Assembly: GCA_951406725.2 (NCBI GenBank)
Contig: OX597835.1
Span: forward strand, 13,206,001 to 13,270,000
DNA length: 64,000 nt
Origin: Octopus vulgaris
Taxonomy: Eukaryota
Direction: 5' to 3'
Numbering within the stretch: the first letter of the stretch is position 1; each line of letters starts with the position of its first letter. The notes under the pieces were generated by a model. The model saw nothing but the letters and a program-made list of their open reading frames with translations. It was not told the origin of the DNA and ran no database searches. This document shows, piece after piece, positions 39,111-51,906 of this stretch. Position numbers and translations under genes: made by a program.

Positions 39111-42100
39111 GGATGGCCAGAAAAATTGAAAGGAAAAAAATAGAGGAAGGAGAAGGATGAACTTGAAGGATCAAGCTTGAACCGGTTGAGAGAAAGAAGG
39201 ATTAAATATTAGGAAGTGGAAATGTTACAGAAGACAAAGAACAGAGAATTGTGGTAGGACTTGATAGAAACTGCTTTGTGAGATAAGGGCCAAATGACTG
39301 AGATATCTTGGTTATATGATGAGGAAAAAGGGCCTGGAGAATTTAGTGATGTCCAGAAAGATTGAAAGGAGAGTAAATAGGGGAAGGAGAGGGTTGAAGT
39401 TGAAGGATCAAGCTTGAACCGGTTGAGAGAAAGAAGCATTAAATATTAGAAAGTGTGTAAATGTTACAGAAGACAAAGAACAGAGAATTGTGGCAGGACT
39501 TGATAGAAACTGCTTTGTGAGATAAGGGCCAAATGACTGAGATATCTTGGTTATACGATGAGGAAAGAGGGCCTGGAGAATTTAGTGATGACCGGAAAGA
39601 TTGAAAGGAGAGTAAATAGGGGAAGGAGAGGGTTGAAGTTGAAGGATCAAGCTTGAACCGGTTGAGAGAAAGAAGCATTAAATATTAGAAAGTGTGTAAA
39701 TGTTACAGAAGACAAAGAACAGAGAATTGTGGCAGGACTTGATAGAAACTGCTTTGTGAGATAAGGGCCAAATGACTGAGATATCTTGGTTATATGATGA
39801 GGAAAGAGGGCCTGGAGAATTTAGTGATGTCCAGAAAGATTGAAAGGAGAGTAAATAGGGGAAGGAGAGGGTTGAAGTTGAAGGATCAAGCTTGAACCGG
39901 TTGAGAGAAAGAAGCATTAAATATTAGAAAGTGTGTAAATGTTACAGAAGACAAAGAACAGAGAATTGTGGCAGGACTTGATAGAAACTGCTTTGTGAGA
40001 TAAGGGCCAAATGACTGAGATATCTTGGTTATATGATGAGGAAAGAGGGCCTGGAGAATTTAGTGATGACCGGAAAGATTGAAAGGAGAGTAAATAGAGG
40101 AAGGAGAGGGATGAAGTTGAAGGATCAAGCTTGAACCGGTTGAGAGAAAGAAGGATTAAATATTAGGAAGTGGAAATGTTACAGAAGACAAAGAACAGAG
40201 AATTGTGGCAGGACTTGATAGAAACTGCTTTGTGAGATAAGGGCCAAGTGACTGAGATATCTTGGTTATATGATGAGGAAAGAGGGCCTGGAGAATTTAG
40301 TGATGTCCAGAAAGATTGAAAGGAGAGTAAATAGGGGAAGGAGAGGGTTGAAGTTGAAGGATCAAGCTTGAACCGGTTGAGAGAAAGAAGGATTAAATAT
40401 TAGGAAGTGGAAATGTTACAGAAGACAAAGAACAGAGAATTGTGGCAGGACTTGATAGAAACTGCTTTGTGAGATATGGGCCAAATGACTGAGATATCTT
40501 GGTTATATGATGAGGGAAGAGGGCCTGGAGAATTTAGTGATGTCCAGAAAGATTGAAAGGAGAGTAAATAGGGGAAGGAGAGGGTTGAAGTTGAAGGATC
40601 AAGCTTGAACCGGTTGAGAGAAAGAAGGATTAAATATTAGGAAGTGGAAATGTTACAGAAGACAAAGAACAGAGAATTGTGGCAGGACTTGATAGAAACT
40701 GCTTTGTGAGATAAGGGCCAAATGACTGAGATATCTTGGTTATATGATGAGGAAAGAGGGCCTGGAGAATTTAGTGATGTCCAGAAAGATTGAAAGGAGA
40801 GTAAATAGGGGAAGGAGAGGGTTGAAGTTGAAGGATCAAGCTTGAACCGGTTGAGAGAAAGAAGGATTAAATATTAGGAAGTGGAAATGTTACAGAAGAC
40901 AAAGAACAGAGAATTGTGGCAGGACTTGATAGAAACTGCTTTGTGAGATAAGGGCCAAATGACTGAGATATCTTGGTTATATGATGAGGAAAGAGGGCCT
41001 GGAGAATTTAGTGATGTCCAGAAAGATTGAAAGGAGAGTAAATAGGGGAAGGAGAGGGTTGAAGTTGAAGGATCAAGCTTGAACTGGTTGAGAGAAAGAA
41101 GGATTAAATATTAGGAAGTGGAAATGTTACAGAAGACAAAGAACAGAGAATTGTGGCGGGACCTGATAGAAACTACTTTGTGAGATAAGGGCCAAATGAC
41201 TGAGATATCTTGGTTATATGATGAGGAAAGAGGGCCTGGAGAATTTAGTGATGTCCAGAAAGATTGAAAGGAGAGTAAATAGGGGAAGGAGAGGGTTGAA
41301 GTTGAAGGATCAAGCTTGAACCGGTTGAGAGAAAGAAGCATTAAATATTAGAAAGTGTGTAAATGTTACAGAAGACAAAGAACAGAGAATTGTGGCAGGA
41401 CTTGATAGAAACTGCTTTGTGAGATAAGGGCCAAATGACTGAGATATCTTGGTTATACGATGAGGAAAGAGGGCCTGGAGAATTTAGTGATGACCGGAAA
41501 GATTGAAAGGAGAGTAAATAGGGGAAGGAGAGGGTTGAAGTTGAAGGATCAAGCTTGAACCAGTTGAGAGAAAGAAGGATTAAATATTAGGAAGTGTAAA
41601 TGTTACAGAAGACAAAGAACAGAGAATTGTGGCAGGACTTGATAGAAACTGCTTTGTGAGATAAGGGCCAAATGACTGAGATATCTTGGTTATATGATGA
41701 GGAAAGAGGACCTGGAGAATTTAGTGATGTCCAGAAAAATTGAAAGGAGAGTAAATAGGGGAAGGAGAGGGTTGAAGTTGAAGGATCAAGCTTGAACCGG
41801 TTGAGAGAAAGAAGCATTAAATATTAGAAAGTGTGTAAATGTTACAGAAGACAAAGAACAGAGAATCGTGGCAGGACTTGATAGAAACTGCTTTGTGAGA
41901 TAAGGGCCAAATGACTGAGATATCTTGGTTATACGATGAGGAAAGAGGGCCTGGAGAATTTAGTGATGACCGGAAAGATTGAAAGGAGAGTAAATAGGGG
42001 AAGGAGAGGGATGAAGTTGAAGGATCAAGCTTGAACCAGTTGGGAGAAAGAAGTATTATTAGAAATATTAGAAAGTGGAAATGTTACAGAAGACAAAGAA

Positions 42101-42165
42101 CAAAGAATTGTGGCAGGACATGGTCGCCAATGTCCTACTCTCTGAATGTGTTACATAAAAGAAGG
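39111..42165 (+). repeat. Tandem array (~238 bp x ~12.5) derived from a decayed RTE/BovB-like ORF2 C-terminus
   Basis: 13 occurrences of gaaggatcaagcttgaac; unit translates LLCEIRAK*LRYLGYMMRKEGLENLVMTGKIE...RGRR and EMLQKTKNRELWQD, ending MVANVL in the last copy. Confidence 0.9.
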
Positions 42166-43320
42166 AAAAAAATATCTATTTCTGTCACTATTTATATTTA
42201 TAGTTGCTGCAGGCTGAGCCATGTGGTTAAAGAGTTTGTTTTGCAGCCGAGTAGTTTCGGGTTTGATCCCAGTGTGGGACACCTTGAGCAAGTATCTTCT
42301 GTCATACCCTTGGATTGTCTGACACCTTGGGAGTGGAATTTAGGAGATGGAAACTATGTAGAAGACTTAATCTGTGGCCTAGTTTAACATTCTTGCAACA
42401 GAACAGACTCTACTAAGGGCATCCAGGGACCACTATAACCTAGCTCTTGGGTGCCTTTAGCAAAATCCACTCTGTCGGCAGCATTTGTTCTGGGACTTCG
42501 GTTTGAGGATAACTTTCTCCTCCTCTCCCTCTATCTAGCCTTGAAGCCTCTGAAAAAAGATTGCAGGTATTCTCAGTTCCTTTTTTTGATTGAGCCCTCA
42601 AAAAAGAAAAAAGAAAAGAAAAATGTCAAGCTTAAAACAAATTAAAGTTACCCAATCATTTGCGACCTTCAACTTTGAAATGGATTTAAAATGATGACAA
42701 ATATCTTAGACATGAAGTGTGGAACTGAAGCATGTTTTAGAATTTGTCTGTGAGAAACCTGCAGATATATTTTTTGCTGTTGTTGTTGTTGCTGTTAACT
42801 TTCTCTCCGCACTCACAAGCAATGCTAATTAACTGACTGCATCAGCTGGCTTTGGAACTCTGGTTGTGTAGTCTAAGAGTTTATAATTAATTGAATGGTA
42901 GAAGGAAGAAAAATAAAAGAAAACAAAAAGAAAACAACAACAAAAAAAGCCTGTTAATCAAAAGAATTGTTTAACTAAAATGAACCAATAGTGTATAATA
43001 TTCTGATCTATCTAACTTGGTGTAAGTATATTAATGGAATATTACAGTGGCTGAGAGAAAACTAGTCTTAGAAGTCGGATGGCGGCAGCTATAATAGAGC
43101 AACTGATGATGAGGTATTCAAAGTTCTGACAAAGAAAATAGATTCCATTAATACCATATTAGACATTAATGCCATTAGAAATTTCCTTTTTTTTTTTCTT
43201 TCTTTACCTTGATTTCTAACTACACACACATACTCTGCCCTGCCCCCGCTTCAATTGCATTAGTAATAATCCCCTTCACTGCCCCCACCCCCCATTGCTC
43301 CACCCCCTTAACTCCTCTTG

Positions 43321-43700
43321 GCTCCGCAATGGCCCAGTGGTTAGGGCAGCGGACTCGCGGTAGTAGGATCGCGGTTTCAATGCCCAGACCGGGCGTTGTG
43401 AGTGTTTATTGAGCGAAAACACCTAAAAGCTCCACGAGGCTCCGGCAGGGGATGGTGGTGATCCCTGCTGTACTCTTTCACCACAACTTTCTCTCACTCT
43501 TACTTCCTGTTTCTGTTGTACCTGTATTTCAAAGGGCCGGCCTTGTCACTCTCTGTATCACGCTGAATATCCCCGAGAACTACGTTAAGGGTGCACGTGT
43601 CTGTGGAGTGCTCAGCCACTTACACGTTAATTTCACGAGCAGACTGTTCCATTGATCGGTTCAACCGGAACCCTCGTCGTCGTAACCGATGGAGTGCTTC
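43321..43700 (+). mobile_element. SINE family C with tail 1
   Basis: Near-identical to 17873-18254. Confidence 0.9.
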
Positions 43701-43729
43701 CAACTCCTCTTATTTTACTATGCATTCAA

Positions 43730-43978
43730 AGATGGCAAGCTGGCAGAATTGGTTAGCATGTTGGGCCAAATGCTTGGTGCCTTTTCATCCATTTTTATGT
43801 TCTGAGTTCAAATCCTGCCAAAAGACAACTTTGTCTTTCATCCTTGCAGAGTTGATAAAATAGAGACCAGTTGAGCACTCGGGGTGGGGGGGGCGATGTA
43901 TTTGACTTGTTCCCTCCCACAAAGTTTCAGGCCTTGTGCCTATAGTGGAAAGGATTATTATTATTATTATTATTATTC
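43730..43978 (+). mobile_element. Diverged family B-related SINE with (ATT)n tail
   Basis: ggcaagctggcagaa head and Meta-like segment; similar piece at 44395-44530. Confidence 0.7.
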
Positions 43979-44028
43979 AGTAGTTTTATTTTTATTTTTA
44001 TAGCGTGCTTTCACTTCACTACCGAGCG

Positions 44029-44082
<54 letters not shown>

Positions 44083-44331
44083 CATTATTATTGTTATTAT
44101 TCTATGTTTGACTTTTGCTTTATATTTGTATTGTACAAGTTGGCTCCAAGTCTCACCCAGAGAGAGACCTCAAGAGACAACAGGTTGGAAGTTCATGTTG
44201 TTGTTATGCCTAGTGTGCCATATATTTGGTTTTGTATTTAGTGTTGTACTAGTGAATGTCAAAAAAAAAAACAAAAAAAAATTATGTTTGTTTTAAACCC
44301 TGAGATTACATAGAAAGTATTTTGCATAGGA

Positions 44332-44365
<34 letters not shown>

Positions 44366-44793
44366 GTTATTATTATTATTATTATCATTATTAAGGTGGC
44401 AAGCTGGTGGAACTGGAAGCATGCTAGGCAAAAAGCTTAGCGCCATTTTGCCTGTCTTCATGTTCTGAGTTCAAATTCCACTGTGGTCAACTTTGCCTTT
44501 CATCTTTTTGGGGGGCGATAAAATAAGTATGTATGGTGGGCTTCAAAATAGTTTCCGTCTACCAAATTATTACAGAAAATAACTGGTCAACTCGGAGCTA
44601 AAACAGTAGAAGACAATTGCCTGAGGTGCTGTGCAGTGGGACTGAACCTGGCACCGTGTTGTTACAAAGAGAGTTTCTTAGCCACACAGCCATGCCTGCA
44701 CATATTGTTGTCTGCTGTCAAACAGATTTTAAACCAGTGCTGCTTAGCAGAAGAAATGGTTGTGGAAATTACTTATCTCTATCACGAGGACAA

Positions 44794-45173
44794 TCTCTCT
44801 CTATATATAAATGGCAGTTTGTCTGTGTGTGTTTCTGTGTGTCTGTTTGGTTGTACCCTCACCCTGACCACTGCTTTCAACCGATTCTGATGAAACTTGA
44901 CACACACATAGCCTAATGTCATAATTCAAAACTAACGCAGCGAACATTTTGAAAAGCTCCCCCAGTTCTGAAAAAAAATCGATAAATTCGACATGGGGTC
45001 GAGAATCAGAAACACAAACCACAGACTGTCTAGGGGACGCAACTCGACCTTTTTAACTAAAAAAAAAATTTACCATCATTTTTTTTTTTTCCATTTTTTT
45101 GGCTATAACTCTCTAAAAATGCTTTATAGTTATTTCTCTTACAAACCCTAGCAACGCCGGGCGATACTGCTAG
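44794..45173 (+). mobile_element. Non-autonomous Helitron
   Basis: A|TCtctctctatatataaa start; ccctagcaacgccggg hairpin; CTAG|T end. Confidence 0.85.
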
Positions 45174-45285
45174 TAATTTAATAATTGAAGAGATAAACGA
45201 ATGCTTTTGTGGCCTTGAAATGGTAAAAGCAGGTCTGACATGACAATCACGAATCTTAAAAACAGATTGATCGTAGCAATCAGGA

Positions 45286-45579
45286 TTCAACCGATTCTGA
45301 TGAAACTTGACACACACATAGCCCAATGTCATAATTCAGAACTAACGCAGTGAACATTTTGAAAAGCTCCCCCAGTTCTGAAAAAAATCGATAAATTCGA
45401 CATGGGGTCGAGAATCAGAAACACAAACCACAGACTGTCTAGGGGACGCAACTCGACCTTTTTAACTAAAAAAAAAATTTACCATCATTTTTTTTTTCCA
45501 TTTTTTGGCTATAACTCTCTAAAAATGCTTTATAGTTATTTCTCTTACAAACCCTAGCAACGCCGGGCGATACTGCTAG
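45286..45579 (+). mobile_element. 5'-truncated tandem copy of the same Helitron
   Basis: Near-identical to 44876-45173. Confidence 0.85.
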
Positions 45580-45580
45580 T

Positions 45581-45941
45581 ATTTGTTTTCTTGAAAAACG
45601 CCGCTGCCGTGGTGATCTCATTCTCGCCCACAACATCATAAGCGGGAAGTGTAACCTCTCGAAAGAGCTGTTCTTCACTCCTGCTCCGGAGCGTCGGCTG
45701 CAGGGTCATTCCGAAAAGCTCTACCTGCGACGATTTCATCTCAATCGAAGGAGAGGAGCTTTCTCCGTCCGGGTTGCGGATCCGTGGAACAAGCTGCCAG
45801 ACGAGATGGTGAAGATGCCGACGACCGCTTTGTTCAAAGCCTCCCTGGACCTCAAGTGGCCTGAACTCTTTACATGAACACCACCCTGTACTTAACTCCA
45901 TGTCCCCCTACATGGCCTTGCTATTTGCTTTTGAGCCAAAT

Positions 45942-45970
<29 letters not shown>
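45581..45970 (+). mobile_element. CR1-group LINE 3' fragment with (TAAC)n tail
   Basis: 45590-45877 reads LEKRRCRGDLILAHNII...RRLQGHSEKL...AFSVRVADPWNKLPDEMV...LFKASLD...FT*, the typical CR1 ORF2 C-terminus. Confidence 0.9.
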
Positions 45971-45972
<2 letters not shown>

Positions 45973-46357
45973 TTAATAACTGAAGAGATAAACGAATGCT
46001 TTTGTGGCCTTGAAATGGTAAAAGCAGGTCTGACATGACAACAATCACGAATCTTAAAAACAGATTGATCGTAGCAATCAGGATTGGATGCAATAAAACA
46101 ACATCTAAGAATAATGAATTGCCAAGCTGACTTTTGATTAAGCAGTTCAAATGCTTTATTCGTTTCAATCAAAAACCATCTCAACAAATTCTCCAAGACA
46201 GTTCAATGGTTCTGACAAGCAGTTTTGACATTTTCGCATTTGGCACCCCACCGTCGTATCTCATTCACAGATTGCAAGAAATAAATGATGATTTCAGAGT
46301 TTAACTGTTGCACATCTGAAAAACTGCTTCCAGCTGCTTTCTGCTTCTTGATTCCAT

Positions 46358-47200
46358 CCGGGTTTCCTAATAGTAATTGCATATATTAATTAGCATTAAT
46401 TAATTATGTCTGTAAATGGCTGTGTGGTAAAGAGGTTCAATTCGCAACTGTGTGGTTTTGGGGTTCAATCCCACTGCTCAGTATCTTGGGCAAGTGTCAC
46501 TTCAATTCAGTTCAATTCAATTCAATTTTTATTGGCTCAAAAAGCAAAAGCAAGGCCATGTAGGGGGACAGGGAGTTATGTACAGGGAGGGTGGTCATAC
46601 AAAGAGTTCAGGCCATTTCTGGTCAAGAGAGACTTTGAACGGGTTTCTTGACAGTAATTGCATATATTAATTAGCATTAATTAATTATGTCTGCGAATGG
46701 TTGCGTGGTAAAGAGGTTCAATTCGCAACTGTGTGGTTTTAAGGTTCAATCCTGCTGCTCAGTATCTTGGGCAAGTGTCAATTCAGTTCAATTCAATTCA
46801 ATTTTTATTGGCTCAAAAAGCGAAAGCAAGGCCATGTAGGGGGACAGGGAGTTATGTACAGGGAGGGTGGTCATACAAAGAGTTCAGGCCATTTCTGGTC
46901 AAGAGAGACTTTGAACGGGTTTCTTGACAGTAATTGCATATATTAATTAGCATTAATTAATTATGTCTGCGAATGGTTGCGTGGTAAAGAGGTTCAATTC
47001 GCAACTGTGTCGTTTTGGGGTTCAATCCCACTGCTCAGTATCTTGGGCAAGTGTCAATTCAGTTCAATTCAATTCAATTTTTATTGGCTCAAAAAGCAAA
47101 AGCAAGACCATGTAGGGGTCAGGGAGTTATGTACAGGGAGGGTGGTCATACAAAGAGTTCAGGCCATTTCTGGTCAAGAGAGACTTTGAACCGAGCGGTC
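46358..47200. repeat. Tandem triplication (~277 bp) of unique flank, SINE A head and inverted CR1 tail
   Basis: cgggtttc...gtaattgcatatattaattagc at ~46359, ~46640 and ~46916. Confidence 0.92.
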
Positions 47201-47310
47201 TACCATCATTACCCTGGGGCCCCACCACTGCCTTGTGAGAGAATTTAAGAAACTGAAAGGGGCCTTTCATATCTCTGTATATGTATGTACGGGTGTACAT
47301 TTCTGCATAA

Positions 47311-47541
47311 GGGGGCGAACTGGCAGAAACGTTAGCACGCCGGGCGAAATGCGTAGCCATATTTCGTCTGCCGTTACGTTCTGGGTTCAAATTCCGCCAA
47401 GGTCGACTTTGCCTTTCATCCTTTCGGGATCGATAAATTAAGTACCAGTTACACACTGGGGGTCGATGTAATCGACTTAATCCGTTTGTCTGTCCTCGTT
47501 TGTCCCCTCTGTGTTTAGCCTCTTGTGGGTAGTAAAGAAAT
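47311..47541 (+). mobile_element. SINE family B, full length
   Basis: Matches 3852-4080. Confidence 0.9.
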
Positions 47542-47826
47542 ATATTTCTGCATTTGTGTGTGTTTGTATTTCCTTGTCCAGATGTTGTCTGCAAATTGTA
47601 AGCAAACATGCATTATACAAAAAGTGTATATACACACACACACACACACATAGCGTTTACTTGTTTCGGTCATTGGAATGTGGCCACACTGGGGCACCAC
47701 CTTGAAGGGTTTTAGTTGAACAAATCAAACACAGTACTTCTTTTTTAAGCCTGCTATTGATTCTGTCAGTCTCTTTAACCAAACTGCTAAGTTACAGGGA
47801 CATGTGTATGTCTGTAATCACATACA

Positions 47827-47882
<56 letters not shown>

Positions 47883-48013
47883 TGCAAGCATATATTGCCA
47901 TCAAGGGGAAGGCTCCAAAACGGCATGCATTCTCTCTTGACCCCATAATCTTGCTAGTCTCCAATATATGAAGTTTTCTATTGGTAGCATCTGCATTTGC
48001 AAGTGATACATAC

Positions 48014-48026
48014 ATCATCGTCGTCG

Positions 48027-48063
<37 letters not shown>

Positions 48064-48437
48064 TGTTTCACATCCGCTTTCCATGCTGGCATGGATTGGA
48101 TGGTTTGACTGAGGACTGGCAGGCCAGGAGGCTGCACCAGGCCCCAACCTGATCTGGCAATGTTTCTACAGCTGGAAGCCCTTCCTAATGCCAACCACTC
48201 CAAGAGTGTAGTGGTGTACTTTTTACGTGCTACCAGCACAAGAGCCAGTCAGGTGGCACTGGCATCGGCCACACTCAAATGGTGCTTTTTACATGCCACC
48301 AGCACAGGTGCCAGTCAGGTGGCACTGGTGTCGGCCACACTCGAATGGTGCTTTTTACATGCCACCAGCACAGGTGCCAGTCAGGTGGCACTGGCCTCGG
48401 CCACACTCGAACGATGTTTTTTACATGCTTCTGGCAC
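48014..48437 (-). mobile_element. RTE family E 3' UTR copy with at least three ~60-bp repeats
   Basis: gccaccagcacaggtgccagtcaggtggcactgg...ggccacactcgaa repeated. Confidence 0.85.
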
Positions 48438-49523
48438 ACACACATACACACACACACACACACACACTCACTCACTCACTCTTGCTCCTGCTTGATGGGG
48501 TTGTGGTCATCCCAGGTTAATGGTCCTAGAGATGTCATCATATGTAGAGCTGACCAGGGCGGTGATGCTGGAAGAATCACACACGCACACACACGCACAC
48601 ATGCATACACACACACAAACACACACACACGACTGATAGTCTTTTCAACCATTTCCACCTACCAAACTCTCCCCCGCAAAATATCGGGCAAGGCAGCTCT
48701 GGATTAAGAAGGCCTCATGCACTTGAGTCGAAACTGGGAACCATTTAGTTGTGAAACAACAAACTTCTGAACCAAACAGTCATACCTGAGTTCTGGGATA
48801 ATAATTTTCTAACTTTGTGAAATAAATATTCTTCTGTAGCATAATTGTTGTTTACTGTGATCTGCAAATCTATTTAAATCGGCTCGTATATATGCGGTAA
48901 ATTAGTTTTCTATCTGCAACTTGTTAACACATTTCCGACTAAAAATATATTACAAAATGATTTATTGAACATTGGAATTCGGCAAACATAAATAAGTAAA
49001 TACTAATCTAGATTTGAAAATTCTATTTATTTATTTATTTAATTTATATATTTTTCTGTCTTACCATTTCTTATCAAACAAATTCAATTAGAAACAAAAT
49101 TTATTACCATGTGACACTGAAATATTTCAAATTTCATAATTAGTTTTGCGTTATTTAAGAAATTTGTGAAATTGAATATGAAGTTTTAGAATAAAAATAT
49201 CAAAATTAATTCTGTGATTGCGTATATACAATGTGTGTGTGTGTGTGTGCATGTTTGCGTCCGTGCACGCACGTGTGTGTGTAAGGATGTATATGTGTAT
49301 AGAGAAAGTTATCAGAGTTTGGCATAAAACTCTGGAATCATTCATTTCAAGATTTCATTCCCATCTGATACATATTCAATTATTTATCGCTATATGATAT
49401 ATATATATATATATACATATTTATATATGTATTATGTGCTGACTTACTTTGAATATTTCAGTTTATTTAGTTATATTTCAGACTATCTGTTCTTCACAGA
49501 GATGTAACTAGTTTGGATAATAC

Positions 49524-49690
49524 ATCATCATCATCATCATCATTATCATCGTTTAACGTCCGCTTTCCATGCTAGCATGGGTTGGACGGTTCAACTGGGG
49601 TCTGGGAAGCCCGAAGGCTGCACCAGGCCAGTCAGATCTGGCAGTGTTTCTACAGCTGGATGCCCTTCCTAACGCCAACCCTAACGCCAA
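49524..49690 (-). mobile_element. RTE family E short 3' copy
   Basis: Ends with a duplicated cctaacgccaa at the truncation point. Confidence 0.85.
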
Positions 49691-50207
49691 TACATATATG
49701 ATATACACCTCACAAAATACTGGTTATAAACTAAAACAAATATGAATTGAAATGTACCCCTGTGTGTGTGCGTGCGTGCATGCAAGGTAAACACATTATC
49801 ACGGTATCCCTCTCTATTACTGAAAATGGTTCAGCACTTCTCTCCTTCTCTTTTGCTGGGGCAATTTTCCAGCCAGACTGAAGAAGACACAGTGTTGAAA
49901 TTATATAAAACCAAGATTAACTTCAATGCATCACAGTCCGATGATGGTTTAACTGGGTGAAACTTTGAAGCCACTGTCAATAGTTTTCTTGTTTAAGAAT
50001 AAAGAATTTGTACTCTACAAATCAGATTATTTTGAAATTCATTTAATTAGAACTAAACATAAAAACAAACATTAATATATACATGGATAAATAAATATAT
50101 ATATATGGTAATAATAATGATAATAATAATCCGTAGATGGGATTTATAAATATCTTAATGCATCGCTAAGCACGTAGCAATACATTAATATATTTATAAA
50201 TTCCATA

Positions 50208-50604
50208 GGCGCAGGAGTGGCTGTGTGGTAAGTAGCTTGCTAACCAACCACATGGTTCCGGGTTCAGTCGCACTGCGTAGCATCTTGGGCGAGTGTCTTC
50301 TGCTATAGCCCCGGGCTGACCAATGCCTTGTGAGTGGATTTGGTAGACGGAAACTGAAAGAAGCCTGTCGTATATATGTATATATATATAAGTGTGTGTG
50401 TCTGTGTTTGTCCCCCTAGCATTGCTTGACAATCGATGCTGGTTGTCCCCGTCACTAAGCGGTTCGGCAAAAGAGACCGATAGAATAAGTACTGGGCTTA
50501 CAAAGAATAAGTCCCGGGGTCGATTTGCTCGACTAAAGGCGGTGCTCCAGCATGGCCGCAGTCAAATGACTGAAACAAGTAAAAGAGTAAAAGAGAGTAA
50601 AGAG
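50208..50604 (+). mobile_element. SINE family A, full length, flanked by ~105-bp direct repeats
   Basis: Repeats at 50102-50204 and 50605-50710. Confidence 0.93.
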
Positions 50605-50871
50605 TATATGGTAATAATAATGATAATAATAATAATCCGTGGTTGGAATTTATAAATATCTTAATGCATCGCTAAGCACGTAGCAATACATTAATATATT
50701 TATAAATTCCTTTCAAGGATTATTGTTATTATTGCTATATTTATCCTACATTACATTGGCACCACTCGGTGTGACCCCAAAACACTGCCATTACCAGTTG
50801 GTATCATTAGGCTGTAGGCAGCATAGTAAGATAGAAGCTTTTACATGCATAGTCAAAAATGTTTCCCTTAA

Positions 50872-51092
50872 CCCTTTAGTGTTCAGAATACTCTGTTAAA
50901 TGTAATACTTTTTCACTCAAATTGTTTTGAATTAATCATGCATTATCTTATAGCTTTGAGGTTTCAATGATGGGATTGTTTATTTTTAGAATGGCATTGT
51001 AGGTTAGGAGTGAGAGGCTAGATATCGCCAGTTTGAATATAAAACATGTAGAATATTTTGGGCTGGATTTGGCCAGTTTAAACACTAAAGGA
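50872..51092 (+). mobile_element. piggyBac-like MITE
   Basis: TTAA|ccctttagtgtt ... aacactaaagga|TTAA. Confidence 0.8.
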
Positions 51093-51108
51093 TTAAAGGA
51101 TGTATATA

Positions 51109-51342
51109 GGCGTAGGAGTAGCTGTGTGGTAAGTAGCTTGCTTACCAATCACAAGGTTCCGGGTTCAGTCCCACTGCATAGCACTTTGGGAAAGTGTCTT
51201 CTACTATAGCCTTGGGCTGACCAAAGCCTTGTGAGTGGATTTGGTAGATGGCAACACTTGCTCAAGGTGCCATGCAATAGGACTAAACCCAGGACCATGT
51301 GGTTGGGAAACAAGCTTCTTACCACACAGCCACGCCTGTGCT
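51109..51342. mobile_element. Two family A SINE heads fused in inverted orientation
   Basis: + head at 51109-51252, - head at 51253-51342. Confidence 0.8.
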
Positions 51343-51906
51343 TATATATATATATATATATCTAATCTTATTCATTTCATTTCATTTCTCCTCGTATGTA
51401 ATCAACATTCGTATCTTCGCGCCATCTTGAAGCCTTTCCTCTCTAATACACATGTGCTATCTCTCTCTCTCTCTCTCTCTCTCTCATCTACAAGCTGTGA
51501 ATTTCCGAGCGCGAGCAAGATAGGTGTTTGAATTGCTATTTTCAATTCTTTACTGACCATTCATAATTTTATCAAAATTCTCTATCTGTCTATCTTATCT
51601 AATCTTATTCATTTCATTTCATTTCTCCTCGTATGTAATCAACATTTCTATCTTCGCGGTGCACACCCCCTACCCAACCCACCACCAATACCGGATATCT
51701 ATATTTTTGCTCCATCTATACCGGATGTCGCTTCTCCCACCACCATTATAGGTGTCTACTCTTCGAACCCCCCCTCTTCAATACGCTATTTCACCATGCA
51801 TTACCCCTCTCTCGATATCCTATGTTCTACTTGCCTAGAACCTGTCATCATTTCTCTGAACCACTCCTCCCCACTGGTGCTCCCCTATATTTCTGCCCCC
51901 CCCCCC

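Noticed and set aside
39111-42165. CRISPR array or retrozyme interpretation of the tandem array
   Set aside because: Units are repeated in full with no unique spacers, there are no cas genes, and I find no hammerhead core on either strand. The 76-79 aa minus ORFs are antisense to RTE remnants.
44885-44900. ctgatgaaac as a hammerhead core
   Set aside because: No stem II between the boxes; it lies in the Helitron internal sequence.
49873-49957. Possible exon (QTEEDTVLKLYKTKINFNASQSDDGLT) after a pyrimidine tract and cag
   Set aside because: Weak donor (gtgaaa), no neighbouring exons and no recognisable family; RNA-seq would be needed.
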